From positions 2,592,001 to 2,656,000 of the forward strand of contig CAWDXG010000004.1 in assembly GCA_963806225.1 (NCBI GenBank): a stretch of 64,000 nt of DNA. Reading direction: 5' to 3'. The notes under the pieces are model-generated. The model made no database searches, was not told the origin of the DNA, and worked only from the letters and a program-made list of their open reading frames with translations. The position numbers and the translations under genes are program-made. The DNA is from an uncultured delta proteobacterium. GTDB lineage: Bacteria; Myxococcota_A; Polyangia; Polyangiales; Polyangiaceae. Below, piece after piece: positions 48,104-59,026 of the stretch (positions within the stretch are counted from its first letter, which is position 1; the number at the start of each line of letters is the position of its first letter).

Positions 48104-49039
48104 CTAGTCGAACTCGACCGGGCTCTGGGCGCGCATATTGACGTGGAGCTGGAAGATATCCGGACGCGCATAGTGTCCGGTGACGTCCAGCGCGCGCTTC
48201 GCGATCGCCGCGCGCTGGCTGTCGATGTCCGCGTACAGGATGCCCTGTTCGTTGCGTAGGGGCCCGGCAATGATCTCGCCGCCGGGAGCGACCACGACCG
48301 AATCGCCGGGATTGATCCAGTCCTCGTCGTCCGGGTAGAGCGCCTCCCGGCCCGGAAAGTCTTCCGGGATGTCACTGGCTTTCAACGCTGTCCCCGAGCC
48401 CACCACCCAGCAGCGCCCTTCCCGGGCAATGTGCTGCATGGTACCGATCCAGCCGTCGCCGCTGTCGTAGGTGGGAGCGATGTGGATCTCGATTCCCTGC
48501 GCGTAGAGGGCGTACCGGGCGAGCGGCATGAAGTTCTCCCAGCACACCAGCGTTCCAATCCGTCCGCACGGCGTGTCGACCACCTTCAGGCCGGACGCAT
48601 CTCCGAAGCCCCAGACCATCCGCTCGGGGTTGGTGGGCATCAGCTTGCGGTGGCGATTGAGCAACTCCCCGTCCGGTCCTATCACCACCACGGTGTTGTA
48701 GAGGGTCGAACGACTCAAGGCGTCGTCGCGCTCGTCCAGCCCGCAGACGAGGGTCACGCCGTGCTGCTTCGCGGCCACGAACAGCGGCTCCAGGTCGGTG
48801 CTGGCCAGGTCGACGGCGTTGTCGAGCAGGCGGGCATGGATCGCTTCGGACAGGGCATGGTCTCCCCCCGGGCGCAGACGCCAGATCCAGGCCGGATAGC
48901 CGGGGATGAACGCCTCGGGAAACACGATCAGCTCGGCGCCCTGCGCTGCCGCCTCGTTCACGAGCGCGACCGCCTTGTCGAGGGTCGCGCGCTTGTCGAG
49001 GAAAGCCGGCGCTTCCTGGACGATTGCCAGTTTCGACAT
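48104..49039 (-). CDS. Nitrilase (carbon-nitrogen hydrolase)
   Basis: Catalytic triad FPEAFIPGYP / HRKLMPT / CWEN; C-terminal DVTGHYARPDIF. Confidence 0.92.
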   Translation of the reverse strand: MSKLAIVQEAPAFLDKRATLDKAVALVNEAAAQGAELIVFPEAFIPGYPAWIWRLRPGGDHALSEAIHARLLDNAVDLASTDLEPLFVAAKQHGVTLVCGLDERDDALSRSTLYNTVVVIGPDGELLNRHRKLMPTNPERMVWGFGDASGLKVVDTPCGRIGTLVCWENFMPLARYALYAQGIEIHIAPTYDSGDGWIGTMQHIAREGRCWVVGSGTALKASDIPEDFPGREALYPDDEDWINPGDSVVVAPGGEIIAGPLRNEQGILYADIDSQRAAIAKRALDVTGHYARPDIFQLHVNMRAQSPVEFD

Positions 49040-49371
49040 TGTGATGCCTCCCCCTCCCTCTCTAGCGCGGCGCGCGCCCAGGCGCGAATCCGCAAAGCCC
49101 GGGCACGGCGCCCGTCCGTGCTCGGCTTGCGCCGCGTCGTTTCGCGACGTGAAACCCTCCGGGACGCTCCAACGTACTTTTCGCACGCGCGAGCCTCGCG
49201 CGGGCGCTCATTTTTCCGGTCGGTTGGCCTTGTGCAACCGGCGTCGATACGGTGCTTTCCGATGCTACGTCCGGCTCCTGTTCTCCTCCTCGCTGCGCTT
49301 TCCGTCGCTGCCTGCTCCAGCGGAGGCGGCAACGGCGTGGGCACCACGAAAATCTGCGCGGAGCTACAGTG

Positions 49372-49941
49372 ATGGCCAGGCTCGGCTCCCGCGTGACTGG
49401 ACTAGCGGCAAGCGCTGCACCGCTCTGGGTCCGCGCGCTCTTCGCGCTGCAACGCCGCCGCCATGGCGTCGTCTTCGAGCCGACGCGTATCTGGGCGCGC
49501 GCGCCGCAAGCACTGCGCGGCTTCTTGCACTTCGGTGCGGCGGTGGATCGGAACAGCTCGCCCATCGAACCTTCCCTGCGCTCGCTGGTAATGGTCAAGA
49601 TCTCGCAGCTCAACAGTTGCGCGTTCTGCATCGATCTCAACGCCGCACGTCTGCGCGAGCGCGGGGTCGAACTGGACAAGGCGCTCGAGCTCTCCCACTA
49701 CGAAACCTCCGACCGCTTCTCCGACAGGGAGCGCGCGGCGCTCGACTATGCCGCGGCGATGACGCTGCCGGACGGGGGCGTCGACGACGCGGTCTTCGAG
49801 CGCCTGCGCGGCTTCTTCGACGACGACGCCATCGTGGAGCTCACGGCCCTCGTCGCGCTGCAGAACGCCTCGAGCAAGTTCAACGCGGCGCTGGGCATCC
49901 CGTCGCAGGGGTTCTGTCCCGCCGTATCGCAGGCTGGGTAG
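49372..49941 (+). CDS. Carboxymuconolactone decarboxylase / AhpD-family protein
   Basis: SQLNSCAFCIDLN, FSDRERAALDYA, IVELTALVA. Confidence 0.85.
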   Translation: MARLGSRVTGLAASAAPLWVRALFALQRRRHGVVFEPTRIWARAPQALRGFLHFGAAVDRNSSPIEPSLRSLVMVKISQLNSCAFCIDLNAARLRERGVELDKALELSHYETSDRFSDRERAALDYAAAMTLPDGGVDDAVFERLRGFFDDDAIVELTALVALQNASSKFNAALGIPSQGFCPAVSQAG

Positions 49942-50087
49942 CGCGAGCGGCACCCCGCGGGCCTGCTCTTCGCCGATGTGGGGTGCCCAGAGGTGGATGC
50001 CCAGCGCCCAGCCCGCGTACGCCTGCGCACGACGGGGCGACCGCTGGTTCGGGGACCGGCGCGCGGGGGCGGTGCTATCGTACCGGC

Positions 50088-51935
50088 ATGAGCTCGGCGC
50101 AAGATCCGGACGGTGCGGTGCGCGAAGGGGCCGTCGGCTGGCTTGACCTGATTTTCCGTCGCTCGTCGGAAGCCGTCGTCATCGGGACCGCGACGGGCAT
50201 CATCATCAACGCCAACGCCGCCGCCGAGCGCCTGTTCGGCTACGCCTCGGGAGAGATGAAGGGGCTCGTACAGGCAGACACCATCGACGACCCCAAACGC
50301 CTGGCCGAGGCGGTCGCCCAGGGCGAGCGCACCGGCGCGTTCGGAGGCGAGCTCTGGCTGGTCCGGAAAGACGGCACGCGCTTCGAAGGCGCGGTGTTCA
50401 CCGTGCGCTTCGATACGGAGGGAGGCCAGCGCATCTGGATGATGATCCACAACGTGTCAGCCCTGCGCGAGAGCGAGCTGCAGTTCCGTGCACTCTCCGA
50501 AGCCACGTTCGAGGCCGTGGTCGTCCACGATGCAGGCAGCATCCTGTTTGCCAACGCTTCGGCGCACAAGATGTACCGAGTCGAGGATCTCGGCGGCCGG
50601 AGCTTGTTCGACTATGTCGCGCCGGAGTCCCTCGACGTGGTGCGCCAGATGAGCACGACGGGCGACGGCCGTCCGTACGAGGCGATCGGCATGCGGGCGG
50701 ACGGCTCCACCTTCGCAGTCGAAGCGCGCGGACGGTCCGTCCAGTATCGAGGTCGGACGGTGCGCATCGTGACCATGCGCGATGTGTCCGAACGAAAGCG
50801 TCTGGAGGCCGATCTCGCCGTGCGCGAGAGGCTGGCAACCATGGGCCGGCTCGCGGCCGGTGTCGCGCACGAGGTAAACAATCCTCTCACCTTTGCCATG
50901 CTCAACCTCGAAGGTGTGACGCGAGCGCTCGCGAGCGGAACTGCCGGCGAAGAACAGCGACCACGGCTCCTGGAGATGCTGGGCCACATCCAGACCGGGC
51001 TCGAACGCGTCAGCCGGGTCGTCCAGGACATGCGCACGATCTCGCGCGTCGATGCGCCGCCCACCTCGTCCGTGTCGGTGGGACGGGTCATTACCTACGC
51101 AGCGTCCGTCGCGGCACCCGAGGCGCGGACGCGCGCCATGCTCGACGTGGACGTGCCCGACGCGCTCTACGTGCGCGGCGACGAGGCCCGCCTGGGGCAG
51201 GTATTCGTGAACCTGCTGATGAACGCCGCGCAGTCGATCCCGGAGGGCGAGCCCGCCGCGAACCGGGTGGAGGTCCGGGCGAAACGGCTGGGCGACGAGG
51301 TCGAGGTCACCGTTGTCGACACCGGCTCCGGTATCCCGGAGGCAGTGCGCGCGCATCTCTTCGAACCGTTCTACAGCACGAAGGCGGCGGGAGCCGGCGT
51401 GGGGCTGGGGCTCTCGATCTGCCAAGCGATCGTGACATCCTTCGGCGGGACCATCGCCGCTGACAAGACGACCGGGCACGGGACCTGCTTTCGCGTACGG
51501 CTGCCCTGCGCCGATACGGCGGACGCCCCCAGAGGAGCGGTCTCCACCACCGCGCAGGTCGCGCCGCGACGATGGCGCACGCTCGTGGTCGATGACGAGC
51601 CCATGCTCCGCAGCGTGGTTCAACAGATGCTCTCGCCGCAGTCCAACGTCGTCGCTGCCGAGAGCGTGGACGCTGCGCTCGCTGTCCTCGCGAGTGGGGC
51701 GGCGTTCGACGCGATCCTGTGCGACATCGTCATGCCCAAACGCTCGGGCATGGAGTTCTACGAGGAGCTGACCGGCCGTTTTCCCAAAATGGTCGACCAT
51801 GTCGGCTTCATCACCGGTGGGGTGCTCGACAACACCATCGAGGATTTCCTCGAGACCACTGGCCGGCCGCGCGTGTACAAGCCCTTCTCGGTCACGGAGC
51901 TCGTGGAGACCGTGCGGGCGCTCGCCGGCGACTGA
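50088..51935 (+). CDS. Hybrid PAS-PAS sensor histidine kinase with C-terminal receiver
   Basis: Two PAS domains, AHEVNNPL, NLLMNAAQ, DTGSGI, GVGLGL, VVDDE...CDIVMP. Confidence 0.92.
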   Translation: MSSAQDPDGAVREGAVGWLDLIFRRSSEAVVIGTATGIIINANAAAERLFGYASGEMKGLVQADTIDDPKRLAEAVAQGERTGAFGGELWLVRKDGTRFEGAVFTVRFDTEGGQRIWMMIHNVSALRESELQFRALSEATFEAVVVHDAGSILFANASAHKMYRVEDLGGRSLFDYVAPESLDVVRQMSTTGDGRPYEAIGMRADGSTFAVEARGRSVQYRGRTVRIVTMRDVSERKRLEADLAVRERLATMGRLAAGVAHEVNNPLTFAMLNLEGVTRALASGTAGEEQRPRLLEMLGHIQTGLERVSRVVQDMRTISRVDAPPTSSVSVGRVITYAASVAAPEARTRAMLDVDVPDALYVRGDEARLGQVFVNLLMNAAQSIPEGEPAANRVEVRAKRLGDEVEVTVVDTGSGIPEAVRAHLFEPFYSTKAAGAGVGLGLSICQAIVTSFGGTIAADKTTGHGTCFRVRLPCADTADAPRGAVSTTAQVAPRRWRTLVVDDEPMLRSVVQQMLSPQSNVVAAESVDAALAVLASGAAFDAILCDIVMPKRSGMEFYEELTGRFPKMVDHVGFITGGVLDNTIEDFLETTGRPRVYKPFSVTELVETVRALAGD

Positions 51936-52028
51936 CCTCGTCGCCCCGCCGGGCGGCTCCTGCCGGCCGCCGGGCCTTCGCCGACGGCGGTGACATTGCC
52001 GTGACCTTGGCCGTGGCAGGGTCGGGGG

Positions 52029-53831
52029 GTGCTGACCCGGCGCGCTTCACGGCTACGCGAGTATGCGCTGTTCGCGCTGGCCGCGCTGGCGCCCGCGCTA
52101 GCCGTCGGCGTGCTGGCACTCCGGGCTCTTTCGAACGAGAACGCGGCGGCGCTGCGGGAGACGGCGGCGGGGCTCGACGCGGCGGGGGAGCGATTGTCGC
52201 TCCGCGTCCATCAAGCCTTGTCGCAATCGGAGAAGAAGCTCGGCGCTGCGCGGCTGGACCGCCCCGCGCCGGAGCTGGCGCACACCTTGAACGCCCTGCG
52301 CCCCGCATTCGCTACAGCGGTAGTGCTCGGCGCGGATCGCGCGCTGCTCTGGCCCGCTCCACCACGGGTGGCGGAACATGCCGCGCCGCCGAAGTGTGGC
52401 GCGCTCGCCGCCACCCTCGCCGATCCGACGGCGAAAGGACGCGACGCGGCACGCCGCGCGCTGCTCGCGGACTGCACGGAGCTACGCACTCCGACCGGGC
52501 GCTGGCTGTGGCCGGTCGTAGCGCTCGATGCGCGGAGCAGCGCCGACGCAGTGCGCATCGCCGACTGGCTCGAGCGGCACGCAGAGCTGCTGTCGAACGC
52601 ACAGCGCGATGCGACGCGACTCGCCCTCGGAAGGCTGCCGGAGCCGGCGCGAAGCCGCGCGCTCGCCGCGCTTTCGCACGACAGCGCGGCGCGGGCGTCG
52701 CTGGTCGATGAGCTCGGAGCAGCTGGCCCGGCCAAAGCGCTCGCGGCGGCGCCGGACAGCGCCGGGGTCGTCACGTGGCACGCAGGCTCCACATTGGGAG
52801 CGCTCCGGGCGCTCGGCGATGGGCGGCTGGCGGGATTCGTGGTGGACGCCGCGTCCCTGCAGCGGGCGCTCGATCAGGGCGCGCTGGGCGCCGGCCCCGA
52901 CACCCATGTGCGCGTGCTGGATGGCGCCGCAGAGCCGCCGCCATCCGGCCACGCACTGCCCACGCGGCTTTCCGCGCGCGTGCCGCTGGCGCCCGCGCTC
53001 ACCCTCGGCGTCGTGCCCGCCGACCCGGACGCGGTGGCGCGCCACGCCGCACGGAGCCGGCTGCTGCTGCTCGCCCTGGCGCTCGGCTCTACCCTGCTGG
53101 CGTTCGGCGTGGCAGCGCTGCTGTTCGCCCGGCTGCGTGCCGCGCGCCGCTCGAGCGAGCTCAGAACCGACTTCGTGTCCGCGGTGTCGCACGAGCTGCG
53201 CACACCGATCGCGTCGGTTCGCATGTTCGCGGAGCTTCTGGAAGAAGAGCGCGTGGAGCCGGACGAACGACGCGAGGTTGTCGACGCCATCGCGCGCGAA
53301 TCACGGAGGCTCGGTGAGACGGTCGAACGCCTGCTCGGTTTCAGTCGTATGGCCGCAGGGCGCGCGGTCATCGAGCGGCAGCTGGGCAGCGTCGCCGCAG
53401 CCGTCGCCGCGTCGATCGACACCTTCGAGCAACGGCACCCCGGGTTGGCCGTCGAGCGCACGCTCGACCGGGACGTCGAGGCGCCCATCGATGCCGCACA
53501 GATCGGTCTCGCCGTGGACAACCTGCTGGAAAACGCGCGCAAGCACGCGCCGGATGGCACGCCCTACCGCGTCGAGGTCGCGCGGGATGGGCGCGGCGTC
53601 GCCATCCGGGTCAGCGACCACGGCCCGGGCATCGCGCCGCGCGATCAGAAGCGCATCTTCCGTCCCTTCGAGCGCGCGGACGACCGGCTGAGTCGCGCAA
53701 CCGAAGGCAGCGGCATCGGGCTCTCGCTGGTGCGGCACGTGGCCGGCGCCCACGGCGGCAACGCGAGCGTAGACAGCCGGCCCGGCAAGGGCGCAACGTT
53801 CACCCTCTGGATCCCCGGGAGCGAGACATGA
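52029..53831 (+). CDS. Membrane sensor histidine kinase
   Basis: Two TM segments, SHELRTP, NLLENA, DHGPGI, GSGIGL. Confidence 0.9.
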   Translation: MLTRRASRLREYALFALAALAPALAVGVLALRALSNENAAALRETAAGLDAAGERLSLRVHQALSQSEKKLGAARLDRPAPELAHTLNALRPAFATAVVLGADRALLWPAPPRVAEHAAPPKCGALAATLADPTAKGRDAARRALLADCTELRTPTGRWLWPVVALDARSSADAVRIADWLERHAELLSNAQRDATRLALGRLPEPARSRALAALSHDSAARASLVDELGAAGPAKALAAAPDSAGVVTWHAGSTLGALRALGDGRLAGFVVDAASLQRALDQGALGAGPDTHVRVLDGAAEPPPSGHALPTRLSARVPLAPALTLGVVPADPDAVARHAARSRLLLLALALGSTLLAFGVAALLFARLRAARRSSELRTDFVSAVSHELRTPIASVRMFAELLEEERVEPDERREVVDAIARESRRLGETVERLLGFSRMAAGRAVIERQLGSVAAAVAASIDTFEQRHPGLAVERTLDRDVEAPIDAAQIGLAVDNLLENARKHAPDGTPYRVEVARDGRGVAIRVSDHGPGIAPRDQKRIFRPFERADDRLSRATEGSGIGLSLVRHVAGAHGGNASVDSRPGKGATFTLWIPGSET

Positions 53832-54541
53832 ACGGTCGACAGGAAACCGTGCTGGTCGTCGAGGATGACGCAAGCCTGAGGCTCGGCCTGACGAAGACGC
53901 TGCGTTCGGAAGGCTACGCCGTGCGCACGGCAGCGACGGGCCCGGAGGGACTCGAATCCGCGCTCGGAGAGCCGCCCGATCTGGTGCTGCTCGACCTGAT
54001 GCTGCCCGGGATGAACGGCTTCGAGATCCTCGAGGAGCTGCGCCGCCGCGACGCGGAACTGCCGATCATCCTGCTGACCGCGAAGGGCGCGGAGGAGGAC
54101 AAGGTGCGCGGCCTCGGGCTCGGAGCGGACGACTACGTGGTCAAGCCGTTCGGGATCGCAGAGCTGTTGGCGCGCGTGGATGCCGCGCTCAGGTTGCGCC
54201 GGCTGCGCGCTTCGGCCGTCGAACGGGTAGTGGTGGGGGCGCTCAGCGTGGACTTCAAGTCGCACGCGGCCGAGCGCGACGGTGCCCGCATCGAGATGAC
54301 GGCGCTGGAGATGAAGCTGCTCCGGTACCTGCTCCTGCACGAGGGAACGCTGCTGCCGCGCCAGCGCATTCTCGATGCGGTGTGGGGCAGCGACTACTTC
54401 GGCACGGATCGCACAGTCGACAACTTCATCAACCGGTTGCGCAGCAAGCTGGAGCGCGACCCGCACCGCCCGGTACACCTGGTCACCGTGCGCGGCGCGG
54501 GCTACCGGCTCACCCGGCAGGCCGCGGAGACACAACGGTGA
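53828..54541 (+). CDS. OmpR/PhoB-family response regulator
   Basis: VVEDD, LLDLMLP, GADDYVVKPF, RTVDNFINRLRSK, TVRGAGY. Confidence 0.93.
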   Translation: MNGRQETVLVVEDDASLRLGLTKTLRSEGYAVRTAATGPEGLESALGEPPDLVLLDLMLPGMNGFEILEELRRRDAELPIILLTAKGAEEDKVRGLGLGADDYVVKPFGIAELLARVDAALRLRRLRASAVERVVVGALSVDFKSHAAERDGARIEMTALEMKLLRYLLLHEGTLLPRQRILDAVWGSDYFGTDRTVDNFINRLRSKLERDPHRPVHLVTVRGAGYRLTRQAAETQR

Positions 54542-54626
54542 CCTGGCGGAGAAAGAGCCGGGACAACGCCTGGCCATCCTGTTCCACGGACATCGCGCTT
54601 CGCGATGCAAACGTGGAGGACGCACC

Positions 54627-55907
54627 ATGACGAACACCCGCACAGCCATCACCTTGATTCTCGCCGCAACCGCTCTCGGGGGCTGCGGCAACGCCCGGGA
54701 CCTGTCGAGCGACATGCGCGGCGCCGGAACGCGCTCGCGCGCTCCGGCCACCAAGGCCGGCGCCGGCAGTACCGCCCTCACCATCGAACAGGCGTCGCAG
54801 AAGCTCGATCTCGGCAAGAAAGTGAAGAGCTCGCGCGCCACGCTGGAACGCATCGTGGCCGATCCGGCGACGAGCGCCGACGATCACGACCGCGCCGCGC
54901 TTGCCCTGAGCCGCGCCTACCAGGCCGCCGGCGATCACGAACACGCCATCCGCACCGTGGAGGGCCTGCTCGCCGCCCACGTCGACGACCACCGCTGGGC
55001 GCTGTCGCGCGCGGCGTCGAAGGAGCTCCGCCGTCTGCTCACGGGCAAGGCGGAGGACAACGCGCCGTCGTTCGATCCGGACAGGGTCGTCTCGCCGTTC
55101 GCGCGCGTGCTCGCGCCATACTTCCCGGTCGGTGCCGACAAACGGCTTTCGGCCAACATCCTGCTGTTCGGCGGCGAGGACGCCACCAGCAACAAACTCG
55201 GCACCTTCGCCGTCGGCGACGCGGCGCGCGAGATGCGCCTGGAGCGCTGTCCGCTTTGCCAGGACGATCTCCGGCGCGACATCCACGTCGGCCGCACCTC
55301 GTGGACCGGTATCCCCGCCTACCGTGATCGGCTGTCCGGCGCGCTCGACGTGTTCTACTTCGACCTCGGGAGCGAGCGCATCCCGACGCGCTACGAGCAG
55401 TACCTGCCGCTTCCCGAAAAGGAGATCGTGAGCCATCTCCAGAACGGCGAAGGGGTCATCGCCGCCAGGGAGCGCAAGGGCGGGCCACCCTCCATCCTGA
55501 TCGCCGCGCCGCGACGTGCGCAACTCCCCGACGTGGAGGAAGCTCTGTCGAAGCGGACGAGCCTGCCCACCGAACCGGCGGTCGTGAAGGTGTCGCCCGC
55601 GCCGAGGCCGGGCGAAATCCGCGGCGTGGTCCGCGCCGCGTTCCCTGGCTTCAAGAGCTGCTACGACAAGCTTCTGGCGAGCGCGCCGGCCGCGACGGGT
55701 CGGGTCATGTTGAAGTTCACCATCGGTGCGGACGGCTCCGTTACCGACAGCAGCATCGATGCCGCCCGGTCCAGCCTGCAGGACAACACGTTCGACGGCT
55801 GCACACTCGACGTGACGCGCAAGCTGCGCTTCCCCGCCAGCGGCCACGGCAGCACCACCGTGGACTACCCGATCACGTTCTCTCCGGACGCGGCGGACGC
55901 CCCGTAG
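54627..55907 (+). CDS. Lipoprotein with TPR-like helices and AgmX/PglI (TonB-C-like) C-terminal domain
   Basis: ALGGC lipobox; C-terminal IRGVVR...CY...GRVMLKFTIGADGSV...C......LRFP...VDYPITF. Confidence 0.7.
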   Translation: MTNTRTAITLILAATALGGCGNARDLSSDMRGAGTRSRAPATKAGAGSTALTIEQASQKLDLGKKVKSSRATLERIVADPATSADDHDRAALALSRAYQAAGDHEHAIRTVEGLLAAHVDDHRWALSRAASKELRRLLTGKAEDNAPSFDPDRVVSPFARVLAPYFPVGADKRLSANILLFGGEDATSNKLGTFAVGDAAREMRLERCPLCQDDLRRDIHVGRTSWTGIPAYRDRLSGALDVFYFDLGSERIPTRYEQYLPLPEKEIVSHLQNGEGVIAARERKGGPPSILIAAPRRAQLPDVEEALSKRTSLPTEPAVVKVSPAPRPGEIRGVVRAAFPGFKSCYDKLLASAPAATGRVMLKFTIGADGSVTDSSIDAARSSLQDNTFDGCTLDVTRKLRFPASGHGSTTVDYPITFSPDAADAP

Positions 55908-55952
55908 CCGCAGAGGGGGCAGCCGCGCGGGACCCTACCCGCGCGGTTGTCC

Positions 55953-57023
<1,071 letters not shown>

Positions 57024-57130
57024 GCAGATAATGTATCACGCATCGGCCTTCCGACGGTCGGCTCCTGCGGCTGCGACCTTTGCGCACACGCACCTCCACT
57101 GTCATACCCGACGCTCCTGTGAACGACTCG

Positions 57131-57862
57131 ATGAAGCCCCGCGCCCCTTCCCTGCGACTGGTCCCGCCCAACGAGGAGCTTCGCGGCGTGGCGCCGCGCG
57201 CGCTGGAACGCGCCGCGCGCCTGTGCTCGCCCGGCGACGCGACGCATCGCGGCTTGCTCTGCATCGGAGCCACGCTAGCCCGGCGCGGCCTGTCGATATG
57301 CGCTCCGCCGGGGGCGCGCGCTCCAGTACTCGCCGCGCTGGAGGTCGGCGAAGCGTGGGCGAACGGACAGGCCGGTGAGCACGTGGTAGCGAAAGCGCGC
57401 AGCGACGCGTTCAACGCAGTGATCGCGGTGGAACGCCGCACCATCGACGCGGTGCGTACGGCAGGACTCTCGGCGGCCAAGAAGAGAACACTCATCGATG
57501 CGCACGCCGAGAGCGTGGTGGTGCGCTACGTCGGTCTGTCAGCGAACTACGCGAGCGGCGCAGCGCTGCTCGTGCTCGACGGCGTGGCGGATCCGACCCA
57601 GCTCGGGCCGGTCGCGCAGCAGGTGGCCGGTGCCATCGCCTACCAGTCCGCAGGGCTCGGGCCGGCACGCTCGGCCGACGTGCGGGCCAGCGCCTGCGAG
57701 CAGGCCGAGTGGGAAGCCGAGCGCCAGGGCGCGCCGGAGGGTCACGGCGTGGGCGCGCTGGCGGTCCAGCTCTTCCACGAGTACCTGGGCTCCTACTGGA
57801 AGGATCGAAGCGACGCGCAGCGCGCGTACTTCGCCGAGTTCATCGAGTGGGCGCTCGCTTGA
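57131..57862 (+). CDS. Hypothetical helical protein, weakly Imm5-like
   Basis: AALEVGEAWANG...AKARSDAF segment; Ala-rich helices. Confidence 0.5.
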   Translation: MKPRAPSLRLVPPNEELRGVAPRALERAARLCSPGDATHRGLLCIGATLARRGLSICAPPGARAPVLAALEVGEAWANGQAGEHVVAKARSDAFNAVIAVERRTIDAVRTAGLSAAKKRTLIDAHAESVVVRYVGLSANYASGAALLVLDGVADPTQLGPVAQQVAGAIAYQSAGLGPARSADVRASACEQAEWEAERQGAPEGHGVGALAVQLFHEYLGSYWKDRSDAQRAYFAEFIEWALA

Positions 57863-57868
57863 CGCGCG

Positions 57869-58531
57869 TCAACGTTTGCGCGCAAGCAGCAGTCCGTCGC
57901 CGATAGGCACCATGCTCATGCTCACCCGATCGTCGCTCGCGATCTTGGCATTGAGCGCGCGGATGGCCCGCGTGTCCTCGTCCTGCACCGAGTCATCCGC
58001 CACGCGACCTCCCCACAGGGCGTTGTCGATGGCGATCAGCCCGCCGCGACGGAGCAGCTCGAGGCTCCGCTCGTAGTAGGTGTCGTAGTTGCTCTTGTCA
58101 GCGTCGATGAAGGAGAAGTCGAAGCTCTCCCGGGCACCCTCCTCCACGAGCTTGCCCAACGTCTCGGCAGCGGGAGCCAATCGCAGCTCGATGCGGTCGG
58201 TCACGCCTGCCTCGTTCCAGTAGCGACGCGCAACCGACGTGTATTCCTCGCTCACGTCGCAGGCAACGATGCGACCGCCCGGGGGCAGTGCGAGCGCGAC
58301 CGAGAGCGAGCTATAGCCGGTGAAGACCCCTATCTCGAGCGCCCGCTCCACGCCGCCGAGCTCGACCAGCAGGCGCATGAACTGGCCTTGTTCCGGCGAG
58401 ATCTGCATGTTCGAGTTCGGCATGTTCGCCGTTTCCTCGCGCAGGCGGGCGAGCAGCTCGGGCTCGCGCAGGGTCTCGCGCAGCAGATAGCCGTGCAGGA
58501 CATCGGTCACTTGAATCGTTCGGGTCGACAA
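57869..58531 (-). CDS. Class I SAM-dependent O-methyltransferase (CCoAOMT/catechol OMT family)
   Basis: MQISPEQG, LEIGVFTGYS, FDFSFIDADK, GGLIAIDN, PIGDG; TTG start with GAGGAGG RBS. Confidence 0.9.
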   Translation of the reverse strand: MSTRTIQVTDVLHGYLLRETLREPELLARLREETANMPNSNMQISPEQGQFMRLLVELGGVERALEIGVFTGYSSLSVALALPPGGRIVACDVSEEYTSVARRYWNEAGVTDRIELRLAPAAETLGKLVEEGARESFDFSFIDADKSNYDTYYERSLELLRRGGLIAIDNALWGGRVADDSVQDEDTRAIRALNAKIASDDRVSMSMVPIGDGLLLARKR

Positions 58532-58633
58532 CAGGCGCCTCCTCGGGACGCAGCCTAGAACAGGGCGCGCCACTGCGCACGGACCGTGCCGGAACATGGA
58601 CGCTTCCGCCATGGCCGACTATCGTGCCCTGGC

Positions 58634-58909
58634 ATGCGGGCGGCAGAGCTCGAAGCAGAAAAGCCGTGGGTGGTCTACGTGCTGGTTTCCCGCACGCGCG
58701 GCACCTACGTCGGGATCTCGACGGACGCCGGGCGCCGCCTCGCGCAGCACAACGGCGAGCGGGCCGGCGGAGCCCGCTCGACCCGCGCCGGGCGCCCCTG
58801 GAAGCTCGCAACCGTGTACGGCCCGTACAGGACGCGAAGCGAGGCGCTTTCCGTCGAGTACCGGGTCAAGAAGCTCCGGGGGCGGCGCCGGCTACAGTTC
58901 GCCGCGTAA
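58634..58909 (+). CDS. Small GIY-YIG nuclease family protein
   Basis: VYVL...TYVGIS...RRLAQHN...GGARST...RPW...E...K. Confidence 0.85.
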   Translation: MRAAELEAEKPWVVYVLVSRTRGTYVGISTDAGRRLAQHNGERAGGARSTRAGRPWKLATVYGPYRTRSEALSVEYRVKKLRGRRRLQFAA

Positions 58910-59026
58910 CTGACGAAAAGGGTGGTCCGGCCGTGCGGCCGCGCGCGGCACGCCTTCCCGGACGCCTCTTCCGTTACTATCTTCTACGGCGGCGGGCGTT
59001 TTCCATCTCTGCTCGGGGTTACCTGC

